From Gammaproteobacteria bacterium (GTDB lineage: Bacteria; Pseudomonadota; Gammaproteobacteria; Ga0077536): a DNA stretch of 64,000 nt. The stretch covers positions 802 through 64,801 of the forward strand of contig JBLFWZ010000002.1 of the NCBI GenBank assembly GCA_047611905.1, read 5' to 3'. Each line of letters starts with the position of its first letter. The first letter of the stretch is position 1. A program made the translations under genes and the position numbers. Shown in pieces: positions 1 through 7,583 of this stretch. Under the pieces are notes generated by a model. That model had not been told where the DNA came from, ran no database searches, and saw only the letters and a program-made list of their open reading frames with translations.

Positions 1-189
1 GCGCGCAAGCAGTACCGTGTTGTTCAGCTAAACATCGATGCTCAAGGAGCTCGTCCGTCGCATACCGTCTACTCTACGAGAGGCATCGCGGCTAAAGGCG
101 TGGCTACTGCACCAGCCATTGAGGCCGGTGCACAAACACTAACCGTTAATGTCTCCGGGAACATCGAAATAGATGCGGGTACGCGCTAG
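1..189 (+). CDS. 3' end of a gene truncated by the window edge (product not identified)
   Basis: Frame 1 is open from base 1 to TAG at 187-189 (..IEAGAQTLTVNVSGNIEIDAGTR*). There is no start in the window and no diagnostic motif. Confidence 0.3.
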   Translation, partial: ARKQYRVVQLNIDAQGARPSHTVYSTRGIAAKGVATAPAIEAGAQTLTVNVSGNIEIDAGTR

Positions 190-252
190 GTGCTGGCCGC
201 ACCATCGACTAGAACGTAGATTAGATTTCCTAAACGTCAGCACCCAACGCTG

Positions 253-552
253 ATGCTGCATATCGCGTTGCACTTCGTTGTTCCGTTTGTCGTAGCGCGT
301 TACGCTTTTTATTCGCGCTTGCTACCTGCTTACCTAATAATGGTCGCTACAATCGTGATCGATGTCGATCATCTTCTAGCGGATCCCATCTACGATGCCA
401 GCCGCTGCAGCATCGGCTTTCACCCGTTGCACGACCCCATCCCGATCGCCATCTACGTCTCTTTGTTGTTTGTTAGACGGTTCCGAATTATTGGAGCAGG
501 CCTATGCGTGCACATTTTTCTCGATACCGTTGATTGTACGTTGATGTTGTGA
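253..552 (+). CDS. small integral membrane protein (DUF6122-like)
   Basis: 99 aa ORF with hydrophobic helices and the motif VIDVDHLLADPIYD..RCSIGFHPLH, which I recall from a conserved small membrane protein family. Confidence 0.55.
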   Translation: MLHIALHFVVPFVVARYAFYSRLLPAYLIMVATIVIDVDHLLADPIYDASRCSIGFHPLHDPIPIAIYVSLLFVRRFRIIGAGLCVHIFLDTVDCTLML

Positions 553-638
553 GCGATGCTCCGAGCGCGTTGGCTAACGATCGAATCTTGGCGCGCTGTT
601 TATAAGTGGACCAAGGCCGCTCAATGTAACGAAATATC

Positions 639-1061
639 TCATTTCGAGAGCTGTTCGTCGACGGCGTTTTGCTCGGTTTCATCCAATGCGCCGTAGGTAC
701 GCGGGTACCGCCAGCCGTATCCCCAACGAAACGATGTGGGAAAGTAGGGCGAACCGCCAACTCTGACACCGGCGAACATCATTGCCGCGATCGACGCTTG
801 ACCGTGCTCGCTGACGCAAATCCTTAGCTCCCGGTCGGCGAGTAGCCGCTCCTGGGCCGTGCCGCCTCGCCAATAGGCCAAGTCGTGAGTGGTGCAACAG
901 TCCAACCACAAAGTGTCTTGCGCGAAGCTGCCTTCAGGAAAATTGCTGCAGCCATCTGTCGTAAACGGGTTCAATTGTTGCTCGTCAGCGATCGTTATCA
1001 GCGGTACTAGGGAAATTGCCGCGAGTAAGATTTTCATTCCAATACCTGAGGCGACGGTCAT
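639..1061 (-). CDS. secreted protein with phospholipase-A2-like CCxxHDxxY motif
   Basis: 140 aa. N-terminal hydrophobic signal-like segment (MKILLAAISLVPLITIA). Motif TDGCSNFPEG..LDCCTTHDLAYWRGG..R..ADREL..C resembles the PLA2 catalytic His-Asp dyad context. GAGGA lies 7 nt upstream of the ATG, and the gene starts 9 nt after the upstream stop. Confidence 0.6.
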   Translation of the reverse strand: MTVASGIGMKILLAAISLVPLITIADEQQLNPFTTDGCSNFPEGSFAQDTLWLDCCTTHDLAYWRGGTAQERLLADRELRICVSEHGQASIAAMMFAGVRVGGSPYFPTSFRWGYGWRYPRTYGALDETEQNAVDEQLSK

Positions 1062-1070
1062 TGCTTGTCC

Positions 1071-1619
1071 TCATAAATGCATTTCGTCCGGGAGACTTGC
1101 GATAAAGGCGGGTCGTCCTAGGCGCACCACTATTTGTTCTTCAAATACTTCTGATGGTTCTGCAAGCTCATTGTCGAGCCATTGCATGGCGCGTCCCCCA
1201 AGTGTTTGCAGATGAGAAATAATGCCGCTGGCAAGACGTCCGCGCTCGGAAGCTGTTCCATCAAACGGTGCGAAAAATATTCTCATCAAGGATAGTTGAC
1301 TCATAAGGTCGGGAATTTGAGCAACGAAATGTTCTTGAGCATCACCTGGAATATATGCCGGTTCTAAAAGCCCTTTACGGAGCGCTACAGATCGGTAAAT
1401 TTTTCGCTCTCCGTTTAAGAATTCAGCGACGTGCTCGTTGTGCCTTTTCGCTATGTCGCTGGAAGCAAAGCCAACATAGTTTATTCGGTGCGTTTGGTTA
1501 TAGAGGAACGTCCAGAGATAAATGCCTGGCTTCCAGGCATCTGGATCGGCGAGTAACAACGGAACATCGTGATTGTTAGGCAGTAAGGCGCAGGGGCCGG
1601 TAAAATTGATCTCCAACAT
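1071..1619 (-). CDS. GIY-YIG-like domain protein, function unknown
   Basis: 182 aa. PGIYLWTF-x-INYVGFASSDIAKRHNEH matches the GIY..YxG..R..H spacing of GIY-YIG nuclease folds, with a later acidic residue in TASERGRL. Co-oriented with 639-1061 and 9 nt upstream of it. Confidence 0.5.
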   Translation of the reverse strand: MLEINFTGPCALLPNNHDVPLLLADPDAWKPGIYLWTFLYNQTHRINYVGFASSDIAKRHNEHVAEFLNGERKIYRSVALRKGLLEPAYIPGDAQEHFVAQIPDLMSQLSLMRIFFAPFDGTASERGRLASGIISHLQTLGGRAMQWLDNELAEPSEVFEEQIVVRLGRPAFIASLPDEMHL

Positions 1620-1754
1620 ATTCGATCAGACCTGGATTCGTTGAATCGGCGTTAGCATACGAGATTTGCATAAGCTCGGCTAACCGAGCTGCAGCGCGCA
1701 GCCGAACGGGCGGACAAAATATTCTTCTAAAATTTGTCCGGTTTTCGATTGGCG

Positions 1755-2867
1755 CTATTCGGCGAGGTGTTGCGAATTCTGGTACGCGGCGGCCTCTATT
1801 TGAATGATGTTCAGATCCTGTCGCGCGTTAATTGTTGAACCCGGATTGGCTGTAAGTCCGAGAAGTTCGAGTGATAGATTTGCGGCGTCTCCGTTGCGAA
1901 TCGGTTGTGGATCATGGTCGTACGTTGGATGAGAGGAGCCCGGATCTGCGCGCGTGTTAGGATTTAAGGCGTATAAATCTACTCCGGCAGTAGTATCCCC
2001 GCCCCAAACGTAAAACGGAATTGTGTGGTTTCCGCGGCTGTGGGCCGGTTGATGAGTCGTTGTTCCGATCCGGCCGCCGTGATCGGCAGTAACAATAACA
2101 ACAGTTTGATCACGTAGAGAGGTACTTGATTGAATCGCGTCGAGGATTTTACCGATTAAATGATCAACTTCGATCACTGAATTTAGATAGCCGCTTGCAA
2201 AGCTGAGGTCCCACTGTGAGGTATGGCCGGCTGTGTCGGGATCGCGAAAATGCATGAATGTGTAGTTGATTGGATTCGGCGCCATAGCACTCAAGAACTC
2301 GTCAACGAGATCACGCGTATCGACGTTAATCTCAAACACGTCAATCTTGTTTCGACCATCATCGCTACCGGTGAGATCAACGGCCCCGTTCGCGGTGTCA
2401 TAGCTTTGCTCGTAGAGAACAAATTTCGGCTTACTCGCAAATACTGCAGTAGACAGTCCGTGATCATGAATGACGTCAAAAACACTGCTCACGTAGCCGC
2501 CCTTCATTCGATGTAATGATGTTGAGGACCCGGGCATGCGGTTTCGCGTGTAGTTGTGTCCATTGGTACCGTCGACCGGACGACCTGTGATTTGCGTCGT
2601 GTGGTTCGGTAGGGTGACGGTATAGTTGGCGTCGGTGCGCGCATTGTCCGTAAACGCGCCTTCATCTCTAAGTCGAAAAAAACTTGGTAGCTGTGTCTCG
2701 CCGAGCGTTGTAATCGCGTCGGCGCGCAGGCCGTCCACGCTAATATGAATCACGTAGCGTGCAATCGCCGCATGAGCGTGAGTGGATCCGAAACCTGCAA
2801 GCATTACGATGATTAGGGCTTGGTTAAAAATTTTTACGTCAGCTGATTGCATTCGAGGACACTTCAA
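1755..2867 (-). CDS. secreted nucleotide pyrophosphatase/phosphodiesterase (alkaline phosphatase superfamily, NPP type)
   Basis: 370 aa. Signal peptide ending HAHAA. Motifs HISVDGLRAD, TLPNHTTQITG, HFRDPDTAGH and VTADHGG are typical of type I phosphodiesterase/NPP. Confidence 0.85.
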   Translation of the reverse strand: MKCPRMQSADVKIFNQALIIVMLAGFGSTHAHAAIARYVIHISVDGLRADAITTLGETQLPSFFRLRDEGAFTDNARTDANYTVTLPNHTTQITGRPVDGTNGHNYTRNRMPGSSTSLHRMKGGYVSSVFDVIHDHGLSTAVFASKPKFVLYEQSYDTANGAVDLTGSDDGRNKIDVFEINVDTRDLVDEFLSAMAPNPINYTFMHFRDPDTAGHTSQWDLSFASGYLNSVIEVDHLIGKILDAIQSSTSLRDQTVVIVTADHGGRIGTTTHQPAHSRGNHTIPFYVWGGDTTAGVDLYALNPNTRADPGSSHPTYDHDPQPIRNGDAANLSLELLGLTANPGSTINARQDLNIIQIEAAAYQNSQHLAE

Positions 2868-3194
2868 CGGAGGGAATTATTGTCTCGCTTCATATTAATC
2901 GAATATCGGATCGCAGTTCCCCTAATTTTGATCGGTTGGTGAGCTGCCGTTTCTAAAATCCAGATTCGAAATCCTCGGGTTTCAGGTTTGTTGAGCGTCG
3001 CATCGTTTTTGGCTCCTAAGGCTACCTTTTATCCCCACTTAGGTTCGAGACGCGGTGCGAACTGGGAACGAAACTTCCGCTATCTGCGAATCACGCCAAT
3101 TAGTGCGTTAGTCGACCGGCTTATCGGCTCAATGCCGCAAGTAAATCGAAATGTGATTAGACTCAAGAAATATTTATAATAAACCTTATATAAC

Positions 3195-3210
3195 AATACT
3201 TTATAGTATT
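3195..3210. repeat. perfect inverted repeat AATACT-TTAT-AGTATT inside a roughly 70 bp AT-rich block upstream of the EPS operon
   Basis: Read directly at 3195-3200 and 3205-3210. Flanked by imperfectly symmetric TATATAA arms (3186-3218). Confidence 0.5.
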
Positions 3211-3288
3211 TATATAAACTAAGTTATAATAAATGTCGGACTATTCCATCGTTCGTCGATGAGCACATAAAAGGAATTCGGAACGGAA

Positions 3289-4143
3289 GTGTTTTTGTAC
3301 CCACACCTGAAGAAAATGTGCGGAATTTCTCTGCGTTGTCGGCGCTTCAATGACGCGCGCCAAGAGTTAACTCGACACCGTATTCGTCTGGTCGGCGTAG
3401 TATGCGCTTTGCTGTTCGCATCTAGCGCAATTGCCGGTGAGAACACCATCGAAGGAGGGGCTATTTACTACGACTTGAGTGACGGTTATCAGTCGACGAA
3501 AGGCGAGTATCTGCGCGCGCGAATTGAAAGTTCGAGTTCTGACGCCTGGTTGCTTGATATTACAAACCTCGATCGATTCGGCGATGACGGCACCCAAATT
3601 AGCGTTGGAAATAGGCACATATTTACGGACAGGGTTTACTCGCAATTTTTTGTCGCTGGTAGTGCCGGTGGTTTCTTTTGGCCGCGCTTCAGAACTGACG
3701 GGTCGATTAGCATGAAATGGCTTGCCAACAAGAGTTTTGTTACCACTATCGGCGGTGGATATTTCGACGCGAAAGACGTTCACGAAGACCTCTGGGGCTA
3801 TGTCGAGGCAAGCTATTACTTCGATCGGCCAGTGGTGATCCAAGGTGGTATGCAGGTTAATGTGAGCGACCCAGGTTCAGTTAGCTCGACGTCTGGTTAT
3901 GTGGCCGCTTCGTACGTTAAAAACAAATCGCGAATTGCGTCCGTGCGGCTTGGTGTTGGAAATCAAGCGTACCAAGCCGTCGCGGTGAATAATTTTCAGG
4001 TCGATTTTCCGTTCCATTCGATTCGCATGACTTGGCGTGAATGGGTAGGAAAGACCTGGGGTATTAACCTAGCTGCAGAGCATTACGTCAGTGACGTCTA
4101 CGATCAGAATGGCATCGAACTCGGATTCTTCAAGGAATTCTAG
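3289..4143 (+). CDS. YaiO-family outer-membrane beta-barrel protein
   Basis: Signal-like segment LVGVVCALLFASSAIAGEN, alternating beta-strand pattern rich in Y/G, and a C-terminal aromatic residue (..GFFKEF) typical of OMPs. The GTG at 3289 or the ATG at 3316 are both possible starts. Confidence 0.7.
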   Translation: MFLYPHLKKMCGISLRCRRFNDARQELTRHRIRLVGVVCALLFASSAIAGENTIEGGAIYYDLSDGYQSTKGEYLRARIESSSSDAWLLDITNLDRFGDDGTQISVGNRHIFTDRVYSQFFVAGSAGGFFWPRFRTDGSISMKWLANKSFVTTIGGGYFDAKDVHEDLWGYVEASYYFDRPVVIQGGMQVNVSDPGSVSSTSGYVAASYVKNKSRIASVRLGVGNQAYQAVAVNNFQVDFPFHSIRMTWREWVGKTWGINLAAEHYVSDVYDQNGIELGFFKEF

Positions 4144-4945
4144 CGGCCGCCGTTTCGACCGTGGCGCCGGCAAACTGGTCGAACAGTGGCGTTATCGCGG
4201 CCACACGGGCCGGCTGATCCGACGCCATCGAGCATTGCGAAGCTTAGATATCGAAACCTCCAGCGTCGCTCACCCGTTTCTACTGTCCGTTGCGTCAATC
4301 GCATTAGTTATGTTGTCGAGCAAGGCCATTACAAACATTTGGGTTAACGTCATCCAGTTTTGGTGCGAGAGCATCGGGCTCGACGCAGAAATTACGGCGC
4401 GATCGGTTGTTGGTATCGGCGGCTTTTATTTCGAGATCCCGGACGTGCGCATTGAGAGTCCGTTACCGAATGCGGACATGTTGTTCTACTCGAGCATCAT
4501 CGTAGGTACTGCGATGCTTATGGCGTACGCGTTTCTACGTCGTTTTTTGCCGTTGTGCTATTTGGTGTGGGCGATCGGTTTAATTCAAATTGCTGCTTTA
4601 ATTCACTTTGCTATCTATCCGCAGGCGTTTCCTTACAGTATTGGCACTCATGTGACGAGTAGTCTGGAGATGATTTTCGTATTGCTGTTTTTGCTGCCGA
4701 TCTTACTCATGGTCGCCTACTATCCGCTGAATTTTTCCTTGTTGAAAAAGATCGCACTAACCGGGGTTAGCCTCGGCATGGTCATCATATTTGCACCTCA
4801 TCTCTATACGTGTCACATCGTGTTGATGAGTCACTTCTCAGTCCTGTACATGCCCGTTTTGTTCGCAGCATTCGGAGTCTTTCCCATTATCCTAATGGTC
4901 ATTGCGATCTATGGTTGGGGGATGAGCTGGACACAGCGATATTAA
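4091..4945 (+). CDS. polytopic inner-membrane protein of unknown function
   Basis: About 6 hydrophobic helices. Lies between the OMP and the GT2 with a 3 nt gap to the GT2 start. The start is uncertain: GTG 4091, ATG 4109 or TTG 4235. The first two overlap the upstream gene. Confidence 0.55.
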   Translation: MTSTIRMASNSDSSRNSSGRRFDRGAGKLVEQWRYRGHTGRLIRRHRALRSLDIETSSVAHPFLLSVASIALVMLSSKAITNIWVNVIQFWCESIGLDAEITARSVVGIGGFYFEIPDVRIESPLPNADMLFYSSIIVGTAMLMAYAFLRRFLPLCYLVWAIGLIQIAALIHFAIYPQAFPYSIGTHVTSSLEMIFVLLFLLPILLMVAYYPLNFSLLKKIALTGVSLGMVIIFAPHLYTCHIVLMSHFSVLYMPVLFAAFGVFPIILMVIAIYGWGMSWTQRY

Positions 4946-4948
4946 TCG

Positions 4949-6355
4949 ATGGCTAATTCTTCCAACGGCTCAAGCAGACTTGTATTGCGAGCTCTATTAG
5001 TGGTTATTTCGACCGTGCTCATCGCTTACGTGAGCAGTTCTGCAATTGCAATTGCGGTGCCTAATACCGGCGAGGTGGCGAACTCAGAGGTTACAGTTCC
5101 AGTTTATATTGCACGACTACAATTTGTTCTGATGAGTATCATCGCGTTGCTAGTCATCTTTATGTTGAGGCACCTGACCTTTACATTAAACCGCTTGTTC
5201 GGGCATCAACGACATCCCTATCTAGATATAGATATCGCCGATTGGCCCCGCATAGCTGTGTTTATCCCGGCGCACAATGAGGAAGCCGTCATTGAGTACG
5301 CGTTGAACGCCCTCGTCGACGTCGATTATCCCCACGACCGATTACGTATTGTCCCAATCGATGATCGTTCCGAAGATCGAACATGGGACATCATTCAACG
5401 ATTCCAGGACGAATTTCCGCATCTCATCTATCCTGTTCGGCGCGTTGCTGGTAAGAGAGGAAAAGCGGCGGCCATTATGCAAGCCGGCGAGTTTGTCGAC
5501 GAAGAAATAATCATCGTGTTCGATGCGGATTACGTTCCGGGTCGGGCACTCCTAAAACAATTGGCAGCGCCATTTTTTGATCCTGAAGTGGGTGCGGTAA
5601 TGGGTCGGGTTGTGCCTCACAACACGAGTACTAATTTACTCACTCGCTTGCTAGACCTAGAACGATCCGGTGGCTACCAAGTCGACCAGCAGGCACGAAT
5701 GAATTTAAGGCTATTACCTCAATATGGCGGATCGGTAGGCGGCGTGCGCGTACGTGCTCTCAACACAGTTGGTGGTTGGCGCGAAGACGCACTCGCCGAA
5801 GATACAGATTTGACTTATCGACTCCTGTTACATGGCTACAAAGTGGTCTACGAGAATCGATCCGAATGTTATGAGGAAGTTCCGGAAACTTGGCAGGAGC
5901 GCAATCGACAAATCATGCGTTGGGCGAAAGGACATAACCAAGCGGCTTTTCGCTATGCATGGCGCGTCCTATTCACGCATCATGTGCGCATCGTCGAAAG
6001 AATCGATGCGTTACTCCTACTCGGAGTCTACGCGGTTGCGCCATTACTACTCTTAGGTTGGATATGCGCGTTGGTGTTGTACTTTGCTGGCCATCAAACT
6101 TTGGCGAGCTCGGGTGTCGCGCTATTCGCGTTTGTCGGGTTCGGCGCTTTAGGAAATTTCGCCGCATTTTTCGAGATTGCTGCCGCATTGCATTTGGACG
6201 GTTCAGGTCATCGGGTTCGATTACTGCCACTTAATTTTCTAAGTTTTATCGCAAGCTTGATCAACATCACGCGAGCCTGTTTTCAGCTTGTGTTCGTCGA
6301 TTTCCTATTCAATCGCGATCTGCGATGGCAAAAAACCAAAAGGTATCGCAAGTAG
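4949..6355 (+). CDS. processive family-2 glycosyltransferase (membrane-embedded polysaccharide synthase)
   Basis: 468 aa. N- and C-terminal TM helices. Motifs IPAHNEE, DDRSEDRT, FDADYVP (DxD), EDTDLT and QIMRWAKG (QxxRW) are as in PgaC/NfrB/BcsA-type synthases. Confidence 0.9.
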   Translation: MANSSNGSSRLVLRALLVVISTVLIAYVSSSAIAIAVPNTGEVANSEVTVPVYIARLQFVLMSIIALLVIFMLRHLTFTLNRLFGHQRHPYLDIDIADWPRIAVFIPAHNEEAVIEYALNALVDVDYPHDRLRIVPIDDRSEDRTWDIIQRFQDEFPHLIYPVRRVAGKRGKAAAIMQAGEFVDEEIIIVFDADYVPGRALLKQLAAPFFDPEVGAVMGRVVPHNTSTNLLTRLLDLERSGGYQVDQQARMNLRLLPQYGGSVGGVRVRALNTVGGWREDALAEDTDLTYRLLLHGYKVVYENRSECYEEVPETWQERNRQIMRWAKGHNQAAFRYAWRVLFTHHVRIVERIDALLLLGVYAVAPLLLLGWICALVLYFAGHQTLASSGVALFAFVGFGALGNFAAFFEIAAALHLDGSGHRVRLLPLNFLSFIASLINITRACFQLVFVDFLFNRDLRWQKTKRYRK

Positions 6356-7434
6356 TGGCTACGGGTATTCAAATCGGGCTGCTTTTCTTAGTTACCTTTC
6401 TAATGCTAGCGGTATCGCTAATTCCTGCGATCTTGGAATGGTATGCGAAGACCGATGCTGAGCCTCTGCGCGTGGTCCGTGAACAAGATATGAGCATTCG
6501 ACATTTTGCGACTTCGTTTCGCACGCAAGTAAATACATTTCTATACGACAACAATATCGATCTCGCCAACCCACCGGAACCGTTTGAGGGTATCTGGCAT
6601 ATCGATCAGCCAGTCAGTTTTCTTGGCAAAACCGAACGTCCGGAATTGCGTCTCGATGAGTTAAAGGAGCGTCTGGTTAATCGCGTATTGTTAGGCGCTG
6701 CGGAATTGGTCTTGCCGGGCGACATGGTGTTCGAGGAGGAAGTTTATTGTCGCGGCTCGTTGGCATGCGGCGACCGTGCGGCGTTTCGTGCGCTGTATTG
6801 TGAAGAGGGCATTGTCCTAGGTGACGAATGCGTTGTCGTGCGATGGTTGCATTCTGACGGAACTGTGACCGTCGGTGCACAAAGCCGATTATTTGGTCGA
6901 TTGTCAGCTAATCGCTCAGTGACGATTGGTTCCGGCTGCGAGTTCGAACGGATGAGTTCTCCTGTGATTCGATTTGCGGCCCCGCTAATTCACAGACCCA
7001 CCCCGGTAGAACGATCTACATGGCAGGCAGACGAGCGGATGGAATCAATTGATGAAGACACGCTGCTGTCGGCGGGCGCGATATCAATCGAGGATGCGAC
7101 CTCGGTTCGTTCGAACTTAATCGCCAAAAAGCAACTAAGCGTCGGTCGCAACGTCGATATTCAAGGCAGTCTGAAAGCGCACAAATCACTTCGAATCGGT
7201 TCTGGGTCCGTGATCCGTGGGGCGATTGTATGCGGCGGAGAAATCGAAATTGACGACGCTTGTTTAATCAAAGGCCCGCTAATCTCTGAGACTTCTATTC
7301 AGATTGGCGCGGGTTGTGTGATCGGCACGCCCGGGATGCCGACTTCGGTCTCGGCGCCACGGATTTATATCACGTGCGGCGCCCAAATCTCAGGCACTTT
7401 ATGGGCGGGGCTCGAAGGTCGGGTCGTTGATTGA
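6325..7434 (+). CDS. membrane-anchored beta-helix repeat protein (bactofilin / hexapeptide-like)
   Basis: N-terminal TM helix (IQIGLLFLVTFLMLAVSLIPAIL), then repeated short G/V/I-periodic segments (VGRNVDIQGSLKAHKSLRIGSGSVIRGAIVCGGEIEIDDACLIKGPLISETSIQIGAGCVIG). Overlaps the GT2 stop. The alternative GTG 6355 gives a TAGTG overlap. Confidence 0.65.
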   Translation: MAKNQKVSQVVATGIQIGLLFLVTFLMLAVSLIPAILEWYAKTDAEPLRVVREQDMSIRHFATSFRTQVNTFLYDNNIDLANPPEPFEGIWHIDQPVSFLGKTERPELRLDELKERLVNRVLLGAAELVLPGDMVFEEEVYCRGSLACGDRAAFRALYCEEGIVLGDECVVVRWLHSDGTVTVGAQSRLFGRLSANRSVTIGSGCEFERMSSPVIRFAAPLIHRPTPVERSTWQADERMESIDEDTLLSAGAISIEDATSVRSNLIAKKQLSVGRNVDIQGSLKAHKSLRIGSGSVIRGAIVCGGEIEIDDACLIKGPLISETSIQIGAGCVIGTPGMPTSVSAPRIYITCGAQISGTLWAGLEGRVVD

Positions 7435-7583
7435 TTTCCCCCAGGGCGACCGCTAGTGCGAACTCCGACCGCCTGGAGGGTTGCAGCGCGTCCGCAACTA
7501 TGACACGAAAATTTACGCGTAATTGCCGGTTTTTACCGGAAATGGCGGGGACGTCTCTCAAGAATGGCTGTAAAATCTGTTTG

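Noticed and set aside
2940-3000. tRNA-like T-loop word (GATTCGAAATCC) in the intergenic region, plus a general search for tRNA, rRNA, CRISPR, IS or integrase features
   Set aside because: There is no acceptor or anticodon stem context around the word. I found no repeat-spacer array, rRNA-like stretch, transposase or integrase ORF anywhere in the window.
4091-4945. Idea that the polytopic membrane protein next to the GT2 is the exosortase for the PEP-CTERM-like protein
   Set aside because: I could not find the conserved exosortase Cys (CSG-type), Arg or His motifs by eye. It is kept only as a question to test, not as a call.
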